Shown here: positions 12,501-27,565 of the stretch, in pieces
Layout of the letters: each line of letters starts with the position of its first letter
How positions within the stretch are numbered: position 1 is the first letter of the stretch
Origin: the human T2T-CHM13v2.0 reference genome, Homo sapiens
Assembly (NCBI RefSeq): GCF_009914755.1
Contig: NC_060926.1
Strand: one strand, 5' to 3'
DNA: 64,000 bases
Notes under the pieces: generated by a model
Seen by the model: the letters and a program-made list of their open reading frames with translations, nothing else
Told to the model about the DNA's origin: nothing
The model's database searches: none
Position numbers and translations under genes: made by a program

Positions 12501-15500
12501 GGAATCATCACCGAATGGAATCGAATGGAATCATCAACGAATGGAATTCAAAGGAATCATCATCGAATGGAACCAAAGAGAATCATCAAATGGACTCGAA
12601 AGGAATCATCGAATGGACTCGAATGGAGTTGTCATCGAATGGAATCAAATGGAATCATCGAACGGAATTGAATCGAATCATCATTGAATGAAATCAAATG
12701 GAATCATCGAATGGACTCGAATGGAAGCAATATCAAATGGAATCGAAAGGAATCATGGAATGCATTCAAAGGGAATAATCAAATGGACTCAAATGGAATC
12801 AACATCAAGTGGAATCGAAAGGAATCATCGAATGGACCGGAATGGAATCATCATCGAATGGAATCGAATGGAATCATCGAATGGACTTGAATGGAATCAC
12901 TATCTAATGGAACCGAATGGAATCATCATGGAATGGAACCGGAAGGAGTCATCATCAAATGGAATCCAATGAAATCATTGAATGGACTCGAATGGAATCA
13001 TCATCCACTGGAATTGAATGGAATCATCGAACGGAATCCAGTGGAATCATCGGAGAATGGAATCAAATGGAATTATCAAAAGGACTCGAATGGAATAAAC
13101 TTTGAATGGAATCGAAGGGAATCATCAAATGGAATCGAATGCAATCATCGAACGGAATCGAATGCCATCACCGAATGGAATCCAATGGAATCACCATTGA
13201 ATGGACTCGAATGGAATCATCATTGAATGGAATCGAATGGAATCATCGAATGGACTCGAATGGAATCATCATCGATTGGAATCAAATGGAATCATCAAAT
13301 GGAATCAAAAGGAATCATCATCAACTGTAATGAACTGGAATCACTGAATGGAAACGAATGGAATCGTCATCAAAAATAATCGAATAGAATAATGAAGTGG
13401 AATCAAATGCAATCAACATCAAATGGAATCGAATGGAATCCTAGAATGACATCGAATGGAATCCTCATCGAATGGAATCAAAGGGAATCAATATCGAATG
13501 GAATCGAAAGCAATCACTGAATGGACTTGAATACAATCATCAAATGGATTTGAAGGGAATCCACATTGAATGGAATAGAACAAAAACATTGAATGGACAC
13601 GAATGGAATCATCATCGAATGGAATCAAATGGAGTCATCAAATGGACTCGAATGGAATCATCATCAAATGGGATCATCATCAAATGGAATCGAATGGAGT
13701 CATCGAATGGACACGAATGAATGAACAAATGGACTCGAATGGAAATATCAAATAGAATCGAATGGAATCATCGAAAGGAATTGAATGGAATGATTGAATG
13801 GACTCGAATGGAATCATCTAATGGACACGAATAGAATAATCATAAAATGGAATCGAATGGAATCATCAAATGGACTCGAATGAATGGAATCATTGAATGG
13901 ACTCGAATGGAATCATTGAATGGACTCAAATGGAATCATCATCAAATGGAATCGAATGGAATCATCGAATGGAATTGAAGGCAATCATCATCGAATGGAA
14001 TCGAATGGAATCATCATCAAATGGAATCAAGCGGAAGGAATCATCAAATGGAATCAAATGGAATCATTGTTGAATGGAATGGAATGGAATCATCGAATGG
14101 AATTGAATGGGATCACCAATGAACGGAATCAAATGGAATCATCTTCTAATGGAATCGAAAGGAATCATCAAATACACTTGAATGGAACCATCATCGAATG
14201 GAATTGTGTGGAATAGTCGAATGAACTGGAAATGAATCATAATCAAATGCAATTAAAATGAACCATCATCCAAAGGAATCACATGGAATCATCATCGAAT
14301 GGAATCATACGGAAACATCACAGAATGGAATTGAATGGAATCATCAGTTGGACTCGAATGGAATCATCAAATGTACTCGAAGGGACGCGTCAAATGGACT
14401 CGAACGGAATCATCATCAAATGGAATCGAATGGGATCATCGAAAGGACTCGAATCAAATCTTCAAAAGGACTCAAAGGGAATCATTGTAGAATGGAAATG
14501 AATAGAGTCATCAGACAGCCTCGAATGGAAACATCATTGAATGGAATTGATTGGAAACATCGAATTCACTCCAATGGAATCATCATCTGATGGAATTCAA
14601 TGGAATCATCGAATGGACACAAATGGAATCATCATCAAATGGAATCCATTGGAACGATCGAATGGAATCGCAGGGAATTATCAAATGGAATCGAATGGAA
14701 TCATCTTTGAATGGAATCAAACGGAATCATCGAATGGAATCGAATGCAATCATCATTGAATGGATTCGAATAGAATCTTAGAATGAAATTGAATGGAATC
14801 AGCATGAAATGGAATCTAAAGGAATCATAGAATGGTATCGAATGGAATCATCATGGAATGGAATGGAATGGAATGGAATGGAATCAGCATCGAATGGAAT
14901 CAAAAGCAATCATTCCATGGACTCTAATAGAATCATCGAATAGACTTGAATGTAATCATCATCGAATGGAGAAGAATGGAATCATCCAATGGACACGAAT
15001 GGAATCATCCTCGAATGGAATCGAATGGAATCATATAATGGACCCGAATGGAATCATCATTGAATGGAATAGAATGGAATCGTCATCGAATGGAATCGTA
15101 TGGAATCATCTAATGGACCCGAATGGAATCATCGTCGAATTGAATAGAGTGCAATCATCATCAAATGGAATCGAATGGAATCATCATCAAATAGAATCGA
15201 ATGGAATCATCAAATGGAATCGAATGGAGTCATTGTCTAATGCAATCGAATGAAATCATAGAATGGAATCCCATGGAATCAACATCGAATGGAATCGATT
15301 GGAATCATTATCAAATAGAATTGAATGGAATCACTGAATGGAATCATCATCAAATGGACTCCAACGGAATCATCGAATTGACTCTAATGGAATCATCACT
15401 GAATGGAATAGAATGGAATAATCAAATGGAAACGAATGGAATCATCATCGAATGGAATCGAATGGTATCATCAAATGCACTTGAATGGAATCATCAATGA

Positions 15501-16404
15501 ATGCAATCGAATGGTATAATCGAATGGAATCAAATGGAATCATCTTCGAGTGGAACAGAAAGGAATCGCCAAATGGACTCCAATGGAATAATCATCGTAT
15601 GGAATCGAGTGGAATCATCGAATGTACTCGAATGGAATCATCGAATGTACTCGAATGGAATCATCGAATGGAATCGAATGGAATCATGGTCGAACGGAAA
15701 AGAATGGAATCATCAAGTGGACACGAATGGAATCAACATCTAATGGAATGGAATGGAATCATCAAATGGAATGGAATGGAATCATCATCGAACGGAATAA
15801 AATGGAATCATCAAATGGAATCAAATGGAATCATCAATGAATGGAATCGAATGGTATCATGGAATGGAATTGAATGGAATCGTCTTTGAGTGGAATCTAA
15901 AGGAATCACCGAATGGACTCCAATCATCAGATGGAATCGAGTGGAATCATCGAATGTAGTCGAATGCAATCATCATCGAATGGAATTGAATGAAATCAAC
16001 GAATGGAATACAAAGGAATCATAGAATGGACTCGAATGGAATCATCATTGAATGGAATGAAATGGAATCATCATGGAATGGAATTGAATGGAATCATCGA
16101 ATGGACTCGAAAGGAATTATGCTCGAATGGAATCTAATGGAATCATCAAATGGACTCAAATGGAATCATCATCGAATGAAATCGTATGGAATCATCGAAT
16201 GCAACTGAATGGAATCATTGAATGGACTTGAAAGGAATTATTATGGAATGGAATTGAATGGAATCATTGAATGGACTTGAAAAGAATCATCATCAAGTGG
16301 AATCGAATGGAATCGTTGAATGGACTCGAATTGAATCTTTGAATGGAATCGAATGGAATCATCATTGAATGGAGTCAAATGGAATCATCATCAAATGGAA
16401 TTGA
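6533..16404 (+). repeat. Higher-order unit U2, composite variant B (9,872 bp)
   Basis: Three fused partial units. Internal landmark offsets are 2,100 (6877/8977), 2,341 (7489/9830), 1,395 (10480/11875) and 2,130 (11342/13472). Confidence 0.88.
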
Positions 16405-19400
16405 ATGGAATCTTCATTGAATTTACTCGAATGGAATCATCATCAAATGGAATCTAATCGAATCATCAATGAAGGGAATCGAATGGAATCATCATCGAAT
16501 GGAATCGAATGGAATCATCAACAAGTGGAAACGAATGAAATCATCGAATGGAATCGAATGGTGTCATCGAATGGACACGAAAGGAATCATCGAATGGAAT
16601 CCAATGGAATCACCATCGAATGGAATCCAATGGAATCACCATCGAATGGAATGTTATGAAATCATCTCATGGACTCGAAGGGAATCATCATCGAATGGAA
16701 TCGAATGGAATCATTGAATGAAATGGAAAGGAATCACCATCGAATGGAATGTTATGGAATCTTCTAATGGACTCGAAGGGAATCATCATCGAATGGAATC
16801 GAATGGAATCATTGAATGCAATTGAATGGAATCATCATCAAATGGAATCGAATGGAATCATCGAATGGAATCTGAATGGAATCATGAATGAATGGAATCA
16901 AATGGAATCATCTAATGGACGTGAATGGAATCATCATCGAAAGCAATGAAATGTAATTCAATCGAATGGACATGAATGGAATCATCATTGAATGGAATCA
17001 AATGGAATCCTCATCGAATGGAATCGAATGGAATCATCAAATGGAATAGAATGGAGTCATCGTCGAATGTAATCGAATGTAATCATCGAATGGCATCGAA
17101 TGGAATCATCAACTGGAAAAGAATGGAATCATCATCGAATGGAAATGAATAGAATCACAGAATGAAATCGAATGGAATCATCATCGAATGGAGTCTAATG
17201 GAATAATCATCGAATGGAATAGAATGGAATCATCGAGTGGACACGAATGGAATCATCATTGAATGGAATCGAATAGAATCATCAAATGGACTTGAATGGA
17301 AACAACATCGAATGGAATCGAATTTAGTCATTGAATTGCATTGAGTGGAATCATAATTGAATGGAATCTAAGGAAATCCTCGAATGGACTGGAGTGGAAT
17401 CATCGAATGGACTCGAGGGGAATCATCATCGAATGGCATCGACTGTAATCATCGATTGGACTCGAATGGAATCATCATTGAATGGAACCGAATGGAATCA
17501 ACGAATGGACTCGAATAGAATCATCATCGAATGGAATCGAATGGAATCAAAGAATGGACTCTAATGGAGTCATCATCAAATGGAATCTAATGGAATCATC
17601 TAATGGACCTGAAAGGAATCATCATTGAATGGAATCGAATGGAATCATCGAATGGACTCGAATGGAATCATCATCGAATGGAATCTAATGGAATCATTGA
17701 ATGGACTCGAATGGAATAATCGAATGGGCTTGAGTGGAATCATCATCAAATGGAATCGAATGGAATCATCAAATGGACTCGAATGGAATCATCGTCAAAT
17801 GGAATCGAATGGAATCATCATCAAAGGGAATCGAATGGAATCCTCATCGAATGGAATCGAACGGAATCATCATCGAATGGAATCACCAAATTGAATCGAA
17901 TGGATTGATCGTCAAAGACAATCGAAGGGAAACATCGAATGGGATTGAACGGAGTCATCGAATGGAATCGATAGGAATCATCGAATGGATTCAAATGGAA
18001 TCATCATCGAATGGAAACGAACGGAATCATCGAATGGACACGAATGGAATCATCATCAAATAGGATTGAATGGAATCATCAAATGGCATCGAATGGAATC
18101 ACCATTGAATGGAATCGAATGGAATCATCGAATGGCATCGAATGGAATCATCATCGAATAAAATCAAATGGAATAATCGAATGTACTCGAATGGAATCAT
18201 CAAATGGATTTGAGAGGAATCATCATCGAATGGAATTGAACAGAATCATCAACAGGACTCGAATGGAATCCTCATTGAATGGAATCGAATGGAATCATTG
18301 AATGGAGTCCAATGGAATCATCAGCAAATGGAATCTAATGGAATCATTGAATATCAACGAATGGAATCATCATCGAATGGAGTCGAATGGAATCATCAAA
18401 TGAACTCGAATGCAATCATCATAGAATGGAATCGAATGGAATCTTTGAATGGACCTGAATGGAATCATCATCGAATGCAAACGAATGGAATCATCATCAA
18501 AAGGAATCATATGGAATCGTCAAATGGAAAAGAATTGAATAATCATAGAAAGGAATTGAATAGAATCATCGAATGAAACCGAATGGAATCATCATCAAAA
18601 GGAATCACATGGAATCGTCAAATGGAAAAGAATTGAATAATCATGGAAAGGAATTGAATAGAATCATCGAATGAAACCGAATGGAATGATCATCGTATGG
18701 AATCGAATGGAATCATCATCGAATGCAATTGAATGGAATCATCATCGAATGCAATCGAATTTAATCACGAACGAATGGAATTCAAAGGAATCATCATCGA
18801 ATGGAACCAAAGAGAATCATCAAATGGACTCGAAAGGAATCATCGAATGGACTCAAATGGAGTTGTCATCGAATGGAATCAAATGGAATCATCGAACGGA
18901 ATTGAATCGAATCATCATTGAATGAAATCAAATGGAAACATCGAATGGACTCGAATGGAAGCAATATCAAATGGAATCGAAAGGAATCATGGAATGCATT
19001 CAAAGGGAATAATCAAATGGACTCAAATGGAATCAATATCAAGTGGAATCGAAAGGTATCATCGAATGGACCGGAATGGAATCATCATCGAATGGAATGG
19101 AATGGAATTATCGAATGGACTTGAATGGAATCTCTATCTAATGGAACCGAATGGAATCATCATGGAATGGAACCGGAAGGAGTCATCATCAAATGGAATC
19201 CAATGACATCATTGAATGGACTCGAATGGAATCATCATCAACTGGAATTGAATGGAATCATCGAACGGACTCCAGTGGAATCATCGGAGAATGGAATCGA
19301 ATGGAATTATCAAACGGACTCGAATGGAATAAACTTTGAATGGAATCGAAGGGAATCATCAAATGGAATCGAATGCAATCATCGAACAGAATCGAATGCC

Positions 19401-22400
19401 ATCAACGAATGGAATCCAATGGAATCACCATTGAATGGACTCGAATGGAATCATCATTGAATGGAATCGAATGGAATCATCGAATGGACTCGAATGGAAT
19501 CATCATCGATTGGAATCAAATGGAATCATCGAATGGAATCGAAAGGAATCATCATCAACTGTAATGAACTGGAATCACTGAATGGAATCGAATGGAATCA
19601 TCATCAAAAATAATCGAATAGAATAATCAAATGGAATCAAATGCAATCAACATCAAATGGAATCGAATGGAATCCTAGAATGACATCGAATGGAATCCTC
19701 ATCGAATGGAATCAAAGGGAATCAATATCGAATGGAATCGAAAGCAATCACTGAATGGACTTGAATACAATCATCAAATGGATTTGAAGGGAATCCTCAT
19801 TGAATGGAATAGAACAAAAACATTGAATGGACACGAATGGAATCATCATCGAATGGAATCAAATGGAGTCATCAAATGGACTCGAATGGAATCATCATCA
19901 AATGGGATCATCATCAAATGGAATCGAATGGAGTCATCGAATGGACACGAATGAATGAACAAGTGGACTCGAATGGAAACATCAAACAGAATCGAATGGA
20001 ATCATCGAAAGTAATTGAATGGAATTATTGAATGGACTCGAATGGAATCATCTAATGGACACGAATGGAATAATCATAAAATGGAATCGAATGGAATCAT
20101 CAAATGGACTCGAATGAATGGAATCATTGAATGGACTCGAATGGAATCATCGAATGGACTCAAATGGAATCATCATCAAATGGAATCGAATGGAATCATT
20201 GAATGGAGTCGAATGGAATCATCACATGGAATCAAACCGAATCGTCATCGAATGGAATCGAATGGAATCATCGAATGGAATTGAAGGCAATCATCATCGA
20301 ATGGAATCGAATGGAATCATCATCAAATGGAATCAAGCGGAAGGAATCATCAAATGGAATCAAATGGAATCATTGTTGAATGGAATGGAATGGAATCATT
20401 GAATGGAATTGAATGGGATCACCAATGAACGGAATCAAATGGAATCATCTTCTAATGGAATCGAAAGGAATCATCAAATACACTCGAATGGAATCATCAT
20501 CGAATGGAATCGTGTGGAATCGTCGAATGAACTGGAAATGAATCATAATCAAATGCATTTAAAATGAATCATCATCGAAAGGAATCACATGGAATCATCA
20601 TCGAATGGAATCATACGGAAACATCACAGAATGGAATTGAATGGAATCACCAGTTGGACTCGAATGGAATCATCAAATGTACTCGAAGGGACGCGTCAAA
20701 TGGACTCGAACGGAATCATCCTCGAATGGAATCGAATGGGATCATCGAAAGGACTCGAATCAAATCTTCAAAAGGACTCAAAGGGAATCATTGTAGAATG
20801 GAAATGAATAGAGTCATCAGACAGCCTCGAATGGAAGCATCATTGAATGGAATTGATTGGAAACATCGAATTCACTCGAATGGAATCATCATCTGATGGA
20901 ATTGAATGGAATCATCGAATGGACACAAATGGAATCATCATCAAATGGAATCCATTGGAACGATCGAATGGAATCGCATGGAATTATCAAATGGAATCGA
21001 ATGGAATCATCTTTGAATGGAATCAAATGGAATCATCGAATGGAATCGAATGCAATCATCATTGAATGGAATCGAATGGAATCATCGAATGGTATCCAAA
21101 GGAATCACCATTGAATGCCCTCGCATGGAATCATCATCATATAGAGTAGAAAGGAATCCTTGAATGGACTCGAATGGAACCATCATTGAATGGAATCACC
21201 AAATGGAATCAAATGGAATCATCATCAAATGAAATCAAACGGAATCATCAAATGGAATCGAATGGAATCATCATTGAATGGATTCGAATAGAATCTTTCA
21301 AGGAAATTGAATGGAATCAGCATGAAATGGAATCTAAAGGAATCATAGAATGGTATCGAATGGAATCATCATCGAATGGAATGGAATGGAATGGAACCAG
21401 CATCGAATGGAATCAAAAGCAATCATTCAATGGACTCTAATAGAATCAGCGAATAGACTTGAATGTAATCATCATCGAATGGAGAAGAATGGAATCATCC
21501 AATGGACACGAATGGAATCATCCTCGAATGCAATCGAATGGAATCATATAATGGACCCGAATGGAATCATCATTGCATGGAATAGAATGGAATCGTCATC
21601 GAATGGAATCGTATGGAATCATCTAATGAACCCGAATGGAATCATCGTCGAAATGAATAGAATGCAATCATCATCAAATGGAATCGAATGGAATCATCAT
21701 CAAATAGAATCGAATGGAATCATCAAATGGAATCGAATGGAGTCATTGTCTAATGCAATCGAATGAAATCATAGAATGGAATCCCATGGAATCAACATCG
21801 AATGGAATCGATTGGAATCATTATCAAATAGAATTGAATGGAATCACTGAATGGAATCATCATCAAATGGACTCCAACGGAATCATCGAATTGACTCTAA
21901 TGGAATCATCACTGAATGGAATAGAATGGAATAATCAAATGGAAACGAATGGAATCATCATCGAATGGAATTGAATGGTATCATCAAATGCACTTGAATG
22001 GAATCATCAATGAATGCAATCGAATGGTATAATCGAATGGAATCAAATGGAATCATCTTCGAGTGGAACCTAAAGGAATCGCCAAATGGACTCCAATGGA
22101 ATAATCATCGTATGGAATCGAGTGGAATCATCGAATGTACTCGAATGGAATCATTGAATGGAATCGAATGGAATCATGGTCGAACGGAAAAGAATGGAAT
22201 CATCAAGTGGACACGAATGGAATCAACATCTAATGGAATGGAATGGAATCATCAAATGGAATGGAATGGAATCATCATCGAATGGAATAAAATGGAATCA
22301 TCAAATGGAATCAAATGGAATCATCAATGAATGGAATCGAATGGTATCATGGAATGGAATTGAATGGAATCGTCTTTGAGTGGAATCTAAAGGAATCACC

Positions 22401-22894
22401 GAATGGACTCCAATCATCAGATGGAATCGAGTGGAATCATCGAATGTAGTCGAATGCAATCATCATCGAATGGAATTGAATGGAATAAACGAATGGAATA
22501 CAAAGGAATCATAGAATGGACTCGAAAGGAATCATCATTGAATGGCATGAAATGGAATCATCATGGAATGGAATTGAATGGAATCATCGAATGGACTCGA
22601 AAGGAATTATGCTCGAATGGAATCTAATGGAATCATCAAATGGACTCAAATGGAATCATCATCGAATGAAATCGTATGGAATCATCGAATGCAACTGAAT
22701 GGAATCATTGAATGGACTTGAAAGGAATTATTATGGAATGGAATTGAATGGAATCATTGAATGGACTTGAAAAGAATCATCATCAAGTGGAATCGAATGG
22801 AATCGTTGAATGGACTCGAATTGAATCTTTGAATGGAATCGAATGGAATCATCATTGAATGGAGTCAAATGGAATCATCATCAAATGGAATTGA
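16405..22894 (+). repeat. Higher-order unit U3, variant C (6,490 bp)
   Basis: Landmark spacing. C-markers: GGATTGATCGTC (~17902), AACAGGACTC (18251), ACAAGTGGACTC (~19959), single copy of the 23-bp GAATGTACTC monomer (~22133). Confidence 0.9.
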
Positions 22895-25800
22895 ATGGAA
22901 TCTTCATTGAATTTACTCGAATGGAATCATCATCAAATGGAATCTAATCGAATCATCAATGAAGGGAATCGAATGGAATCATCATCGAATGGAATCGAAT
23001 GGAATCATCAACAAGTGGAAACGAATGAAATCATCGAATGGAATCGAATGGTGTCATCGAATGGACACGAAAGGAATCATCGAATGGAATCAAATGGAAT
23101 CAACATCGAATGGAATCCAATGCAATCACCATCGAATGGAATGTTATGAAATCATCTCATGGACTCGAAGGGAATCATCATCGAATGGAATCGAATGGAA
23201 TCATTGAATGCAATTGAATGGAATCATCATCAAATGGAATCGAATGGAATCATCGAATGGAATCTGAATGGAATCATGAATGAATGGAATCAAATGGAAT
23301 CATCTAATGGACGTGAAAGGAATCATCATCGAAAGCAATGAAATGTAATTCAATCGAATGGACATGAATGGAATCATCATTGAATGGAATCAAATGGAAT
23401 CCTCATCGAATGGAATCGAATGGAATCATCAAATGGAATAGAATGGAGTCATCGTCGAATGTAATCGAATGTAATCATCGAATGGCATCGAATGGAATCA
23501 TCAACTGGAAAAGAATGGAATCATCATCGAATGGAAATGAATAGAATCACAGAATGAAATCGAATGGAATCATCATCGAATGGAGTCTAATGGAATAATC
23601 ATCGAATGGAATAGAATGGAATCATCGAGTGGACACGAATGGAATCATCATTGAATGGAATCGAATAGAATCATCAAATGGACTTGAATGGAAACAACAT
23701 CGAATGCAATCGAATTTAGACATTGAATGGCATTGAGTGGAATCATAATTGAATGGAATCTAAAGAAATCCTCGAATGGACTGGAGTGGAATCATCGAAT
23801 GGACACGAGGGGAATCATCATCGAATGGAATCGACTGTAATCATCGATTGGACTCGAATGGAATCATCATTGAATGGAATCGAATGGAATCAACGAATGG
23901 ACTCGAATAGAATCATCATCGAATGGAATCGAATGGAATCAAAGAATGGACTCTAATGGAGTCATCATCAAATGGAATCTAATGGAATCATCTAATGGAC
24001 CTGAAAGGAATCATCATTGAATGGAATCGAATGGAATCATCGAATGGACTCGAATGGAATCATCATCGAATGGAATCTAATGGAATCATTGAATGGACTC
24101 GAATGGAATAATCGAATGGGTTTGAGTGGAAACATCATCAAATGGAATCGAATGGAATCATGAAATGGACTGGAATGGAATCACGGTCAAATGGAATCGA
24201 ATGGAATCATCATCAAAGGGAATCGAATGGAATCCTCATCGAATGGAATCGAACGGAATCATCATCGAATGGAATCACCAAATTGAATCGAAAGGAATGA
24301 TGGTCAAAGACAATCGAAGGGAAACATCGAATGGGATTGAACGGAGTCATCGAATGGAATCGATAGGAATCATCGAATGGATTCAAATGGAATCATCATC
24401 GAATGGAAACGAACGGAATCATCGAATGGACACGAATGGAATCATCATCAAATAGGATTGAATGGAATCATCAAATGGTATCGAATGGAATCACCACTGA
24501 ATGGAATCGAATGGAATCATCGAATGGCATCGCATGGAATCATCATCGAATAAAATCTAATGGAATAATCGAATGTACTCGAATGGAATCATCAAATGGA
24601 TTTGAGAGGAATCATCATCGAATGGAATTGAACAGAATCATCAAATGGACTCGAATGGAATCCTCATTGAATGGAATCGAATGGAATCATTGAATGGAGT
24701 CAAATGGAATCATCAGCAAATGGAATCGAATGGAATCATTGAATATCAACGAATGGAATCATCATCGAATGGAGTCGAATGGAATCATCAAACGAACTCG
24801 AATGCAATCATCATAGAATGGAATCGAATGGAATCTTTGAATGGACCTAAATGGAATCTTCATCGAATGCAAACGAATGGAATCATCATCAAATGGAATC
24901 ACATGGAATCATCAAACGGAAAAGAATTGAATAATCATAGAAAGGTATTGAATAGAATCATCGAATGAAAACGAATGGAATCATCATCGAATGGAATCGA
25001 ATGGAATCATCATCGAATGCAATTGAATGGAATCATCATCGAATGAATCGAATGGAAACACCAACGAATGGAATTCAAAGGAATCATCTTCGAATGGAAC
25101 CAAATAGAATCATCAAATGGACTCGAAAGGAATCATCGAATGGACTCGAATGGAGTTGTCATCGAATGGAATCAAATGGAATCATCGAACAGAATTGAAT
25201 CGAATCCTCATTGAATGAAATCAAATGGAATCATCGAATGGACTCGAATGGAAGCAATATCAAATGGAATCGAAAGTAATCATGGAATGCATTCAAAGGG
25301 AATAATCAAATGGACTCAAATGGAATCAACATCAAGTGGAATCGAAAGGAATCATCGAATTGACAGGAATGGAATCATCATCGAATGGAATCGAATGGGA
25401 TCATCGAAAGGACTCGAATCAAATCTTCAAAAGTACTCAAAGGGAATCATTGTAGAATGGAAATGAATAGATTCATCAGACAGCCTCGAATGGAAACATC
25501 ATTGAATGGAATTGATTGGAAACATCGAATTCACTCGAATGGAATCATCATCTGATGGAATTCAAGGGAATCATCGAATGGACACAAATGGAATCATCAT
25601 CAAATGGAATCCATTGGAACGATCGAATGGAATCGCATGGAATTATCAAATGGAATCGAATGGAATCAAATGGAATCATCGAATGGAATCGAATGCAATC
25701 ATCATTGAATGGAATCGAATGGAATCATCGAATGGTATCCAAAGGAATCAGCATTGAATGCCCTCGCATGGAATCATCATCATATAGAGTAGAAAGGAAT

Positions 25801-27565
25801 CATTGAATGGACTCGAATGGAACCATCATTGAATGGAAACACCAAATGGAATCAAATGGAATCATCATCAAATGAAATCAAACGGAATCATCAAATGGAA
25901 TCGAATGGAATCATCATTGAATGGACTCGAATAGAATCTTTCAATGAAATTGAATGGAATCAGCATGAAATGGAATCTAAAGGAATCATAGAATGGTATC
26001 GAATGGAATCATCATCGAATGGAATGGAATGGAACGGAATGGAATCAGCATCGAATGGAATCAAAAGCAATGATTCAATGGACTCTAATAGAATCAGCGA
26101 ATAGACTTGAATGTAATCATCATCGAATGGAGAAGAATGGAATCATCCAATGGACACGAATGGAATCATCCTCGAATGCAATCGAATGGAATCATATAAT
26201 GGACCCGAATGGAATCATCATTGAATGGAATAGAATGGAATCGTCATCGAATCGAATCGTATGGAATCATCTAATGAACCCGAATGGAATCATCGTCGAA
26301 ATGAATAGAATGCAATCATCATCAAATGGAATCGAATGGAATCATCATCAAATAGAATCGAATGGAATCATCAAATGGAATCGAATGGAGTCATTGTCTA
26401 ATGCAATCGAATGAAATCATAGAATGGAATCCCATGGAATCAACATCGAATGGAATCGATTGGAATCATTATCAAATAGAATTGAATGGAATCACTGAAT
26501 GGAATCATCATCAAATGGACTCCAACGGAATCATCGAATTGACTCTAATGGAATCATCACTGAATGGAACAGAAAGGAATAATCAAATGGAAACGAATGG
26601 AATCATCATCGAATGGAATCGAATGGTATCATCAAATGCACTTGAATGGAATCATCAATGAATGGAATCGAATGGTATAATCGAATGGAATCAAATGGAA
26701 TCATCTTCGAGTGGAACCTAAAGGAATCGCCAAATGGACTCCAATGGAATAATCATCGTATGGAATCGAGTGGAATCATCGAATGTACTCGAATGGAATC
26801 ATCGAATGTACTCGAATGGAATCATCGAATGGAATCGAATGGAATCATGGTCGAACGGAAAAGAATGGAATCATCAAGTGGACACGAATGGAATCAACAT
26901 CTAATGGAATGGAATGGAATCATCAAATGGAATGGAATGGAATCATCATCGAATGGAATAAAATGGAATCATCAAATGGAATCAAATGGAATCATCAATG
27001 AATGGAATCGAATGGTATCATGGAATGGAATTGAATGGAATCGTCTTTGAGTGGAATCTAAAGGAATCACCGAATGGACTCCAATCATCAGATGGAATCG
27101 AGTGGAATCATCGAATGTAGTCGAATGCAATCATCATCGAATGGAATTGAATGGAATCAACGAATGGAATACAAAGGAATCATAGAATGGACTCGAATGG
27201 AATCATCATTGAATGGAATGAAATGGAATCATCATGGAATGGAATTGAATGGAATCATCGAATGGACTCGAAAGGAATTATGCTCGAATGGAGTCTAATG
27301 GAATCATCAAATGGACTCAAATGGAATCATCATCGAATGAAATCGTATGGAATCATCGAATGCAACTGAATGGAATCATTGAATGGACTTGAAAGGAATT
27401 ATTACGGAATGGAATTGAATGGAATCATTGAATGGACTTGAAAGGAATCATCATCAAGTAGAATCGAATGGAATCGTTGAATGGACTCGAATTGAATCTT
27501 TGAATGGAATCGAATGGAATCATCATTGAATGGAGTCAAATGGAATCATCATCAAATGGAATTGA
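22895..27565 (+). repeat. Higher-order unit U4, deletion variant D (4,671 bp)
   Basis: Landmark spacing. Lacks ~1.63 kb (junction ~25370-25400) and 98 bp (~23160-23210). Markers TCACGGTCAA, GGACCTAAATGG, TTGACAGGAAT. Confidence 0.92.
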
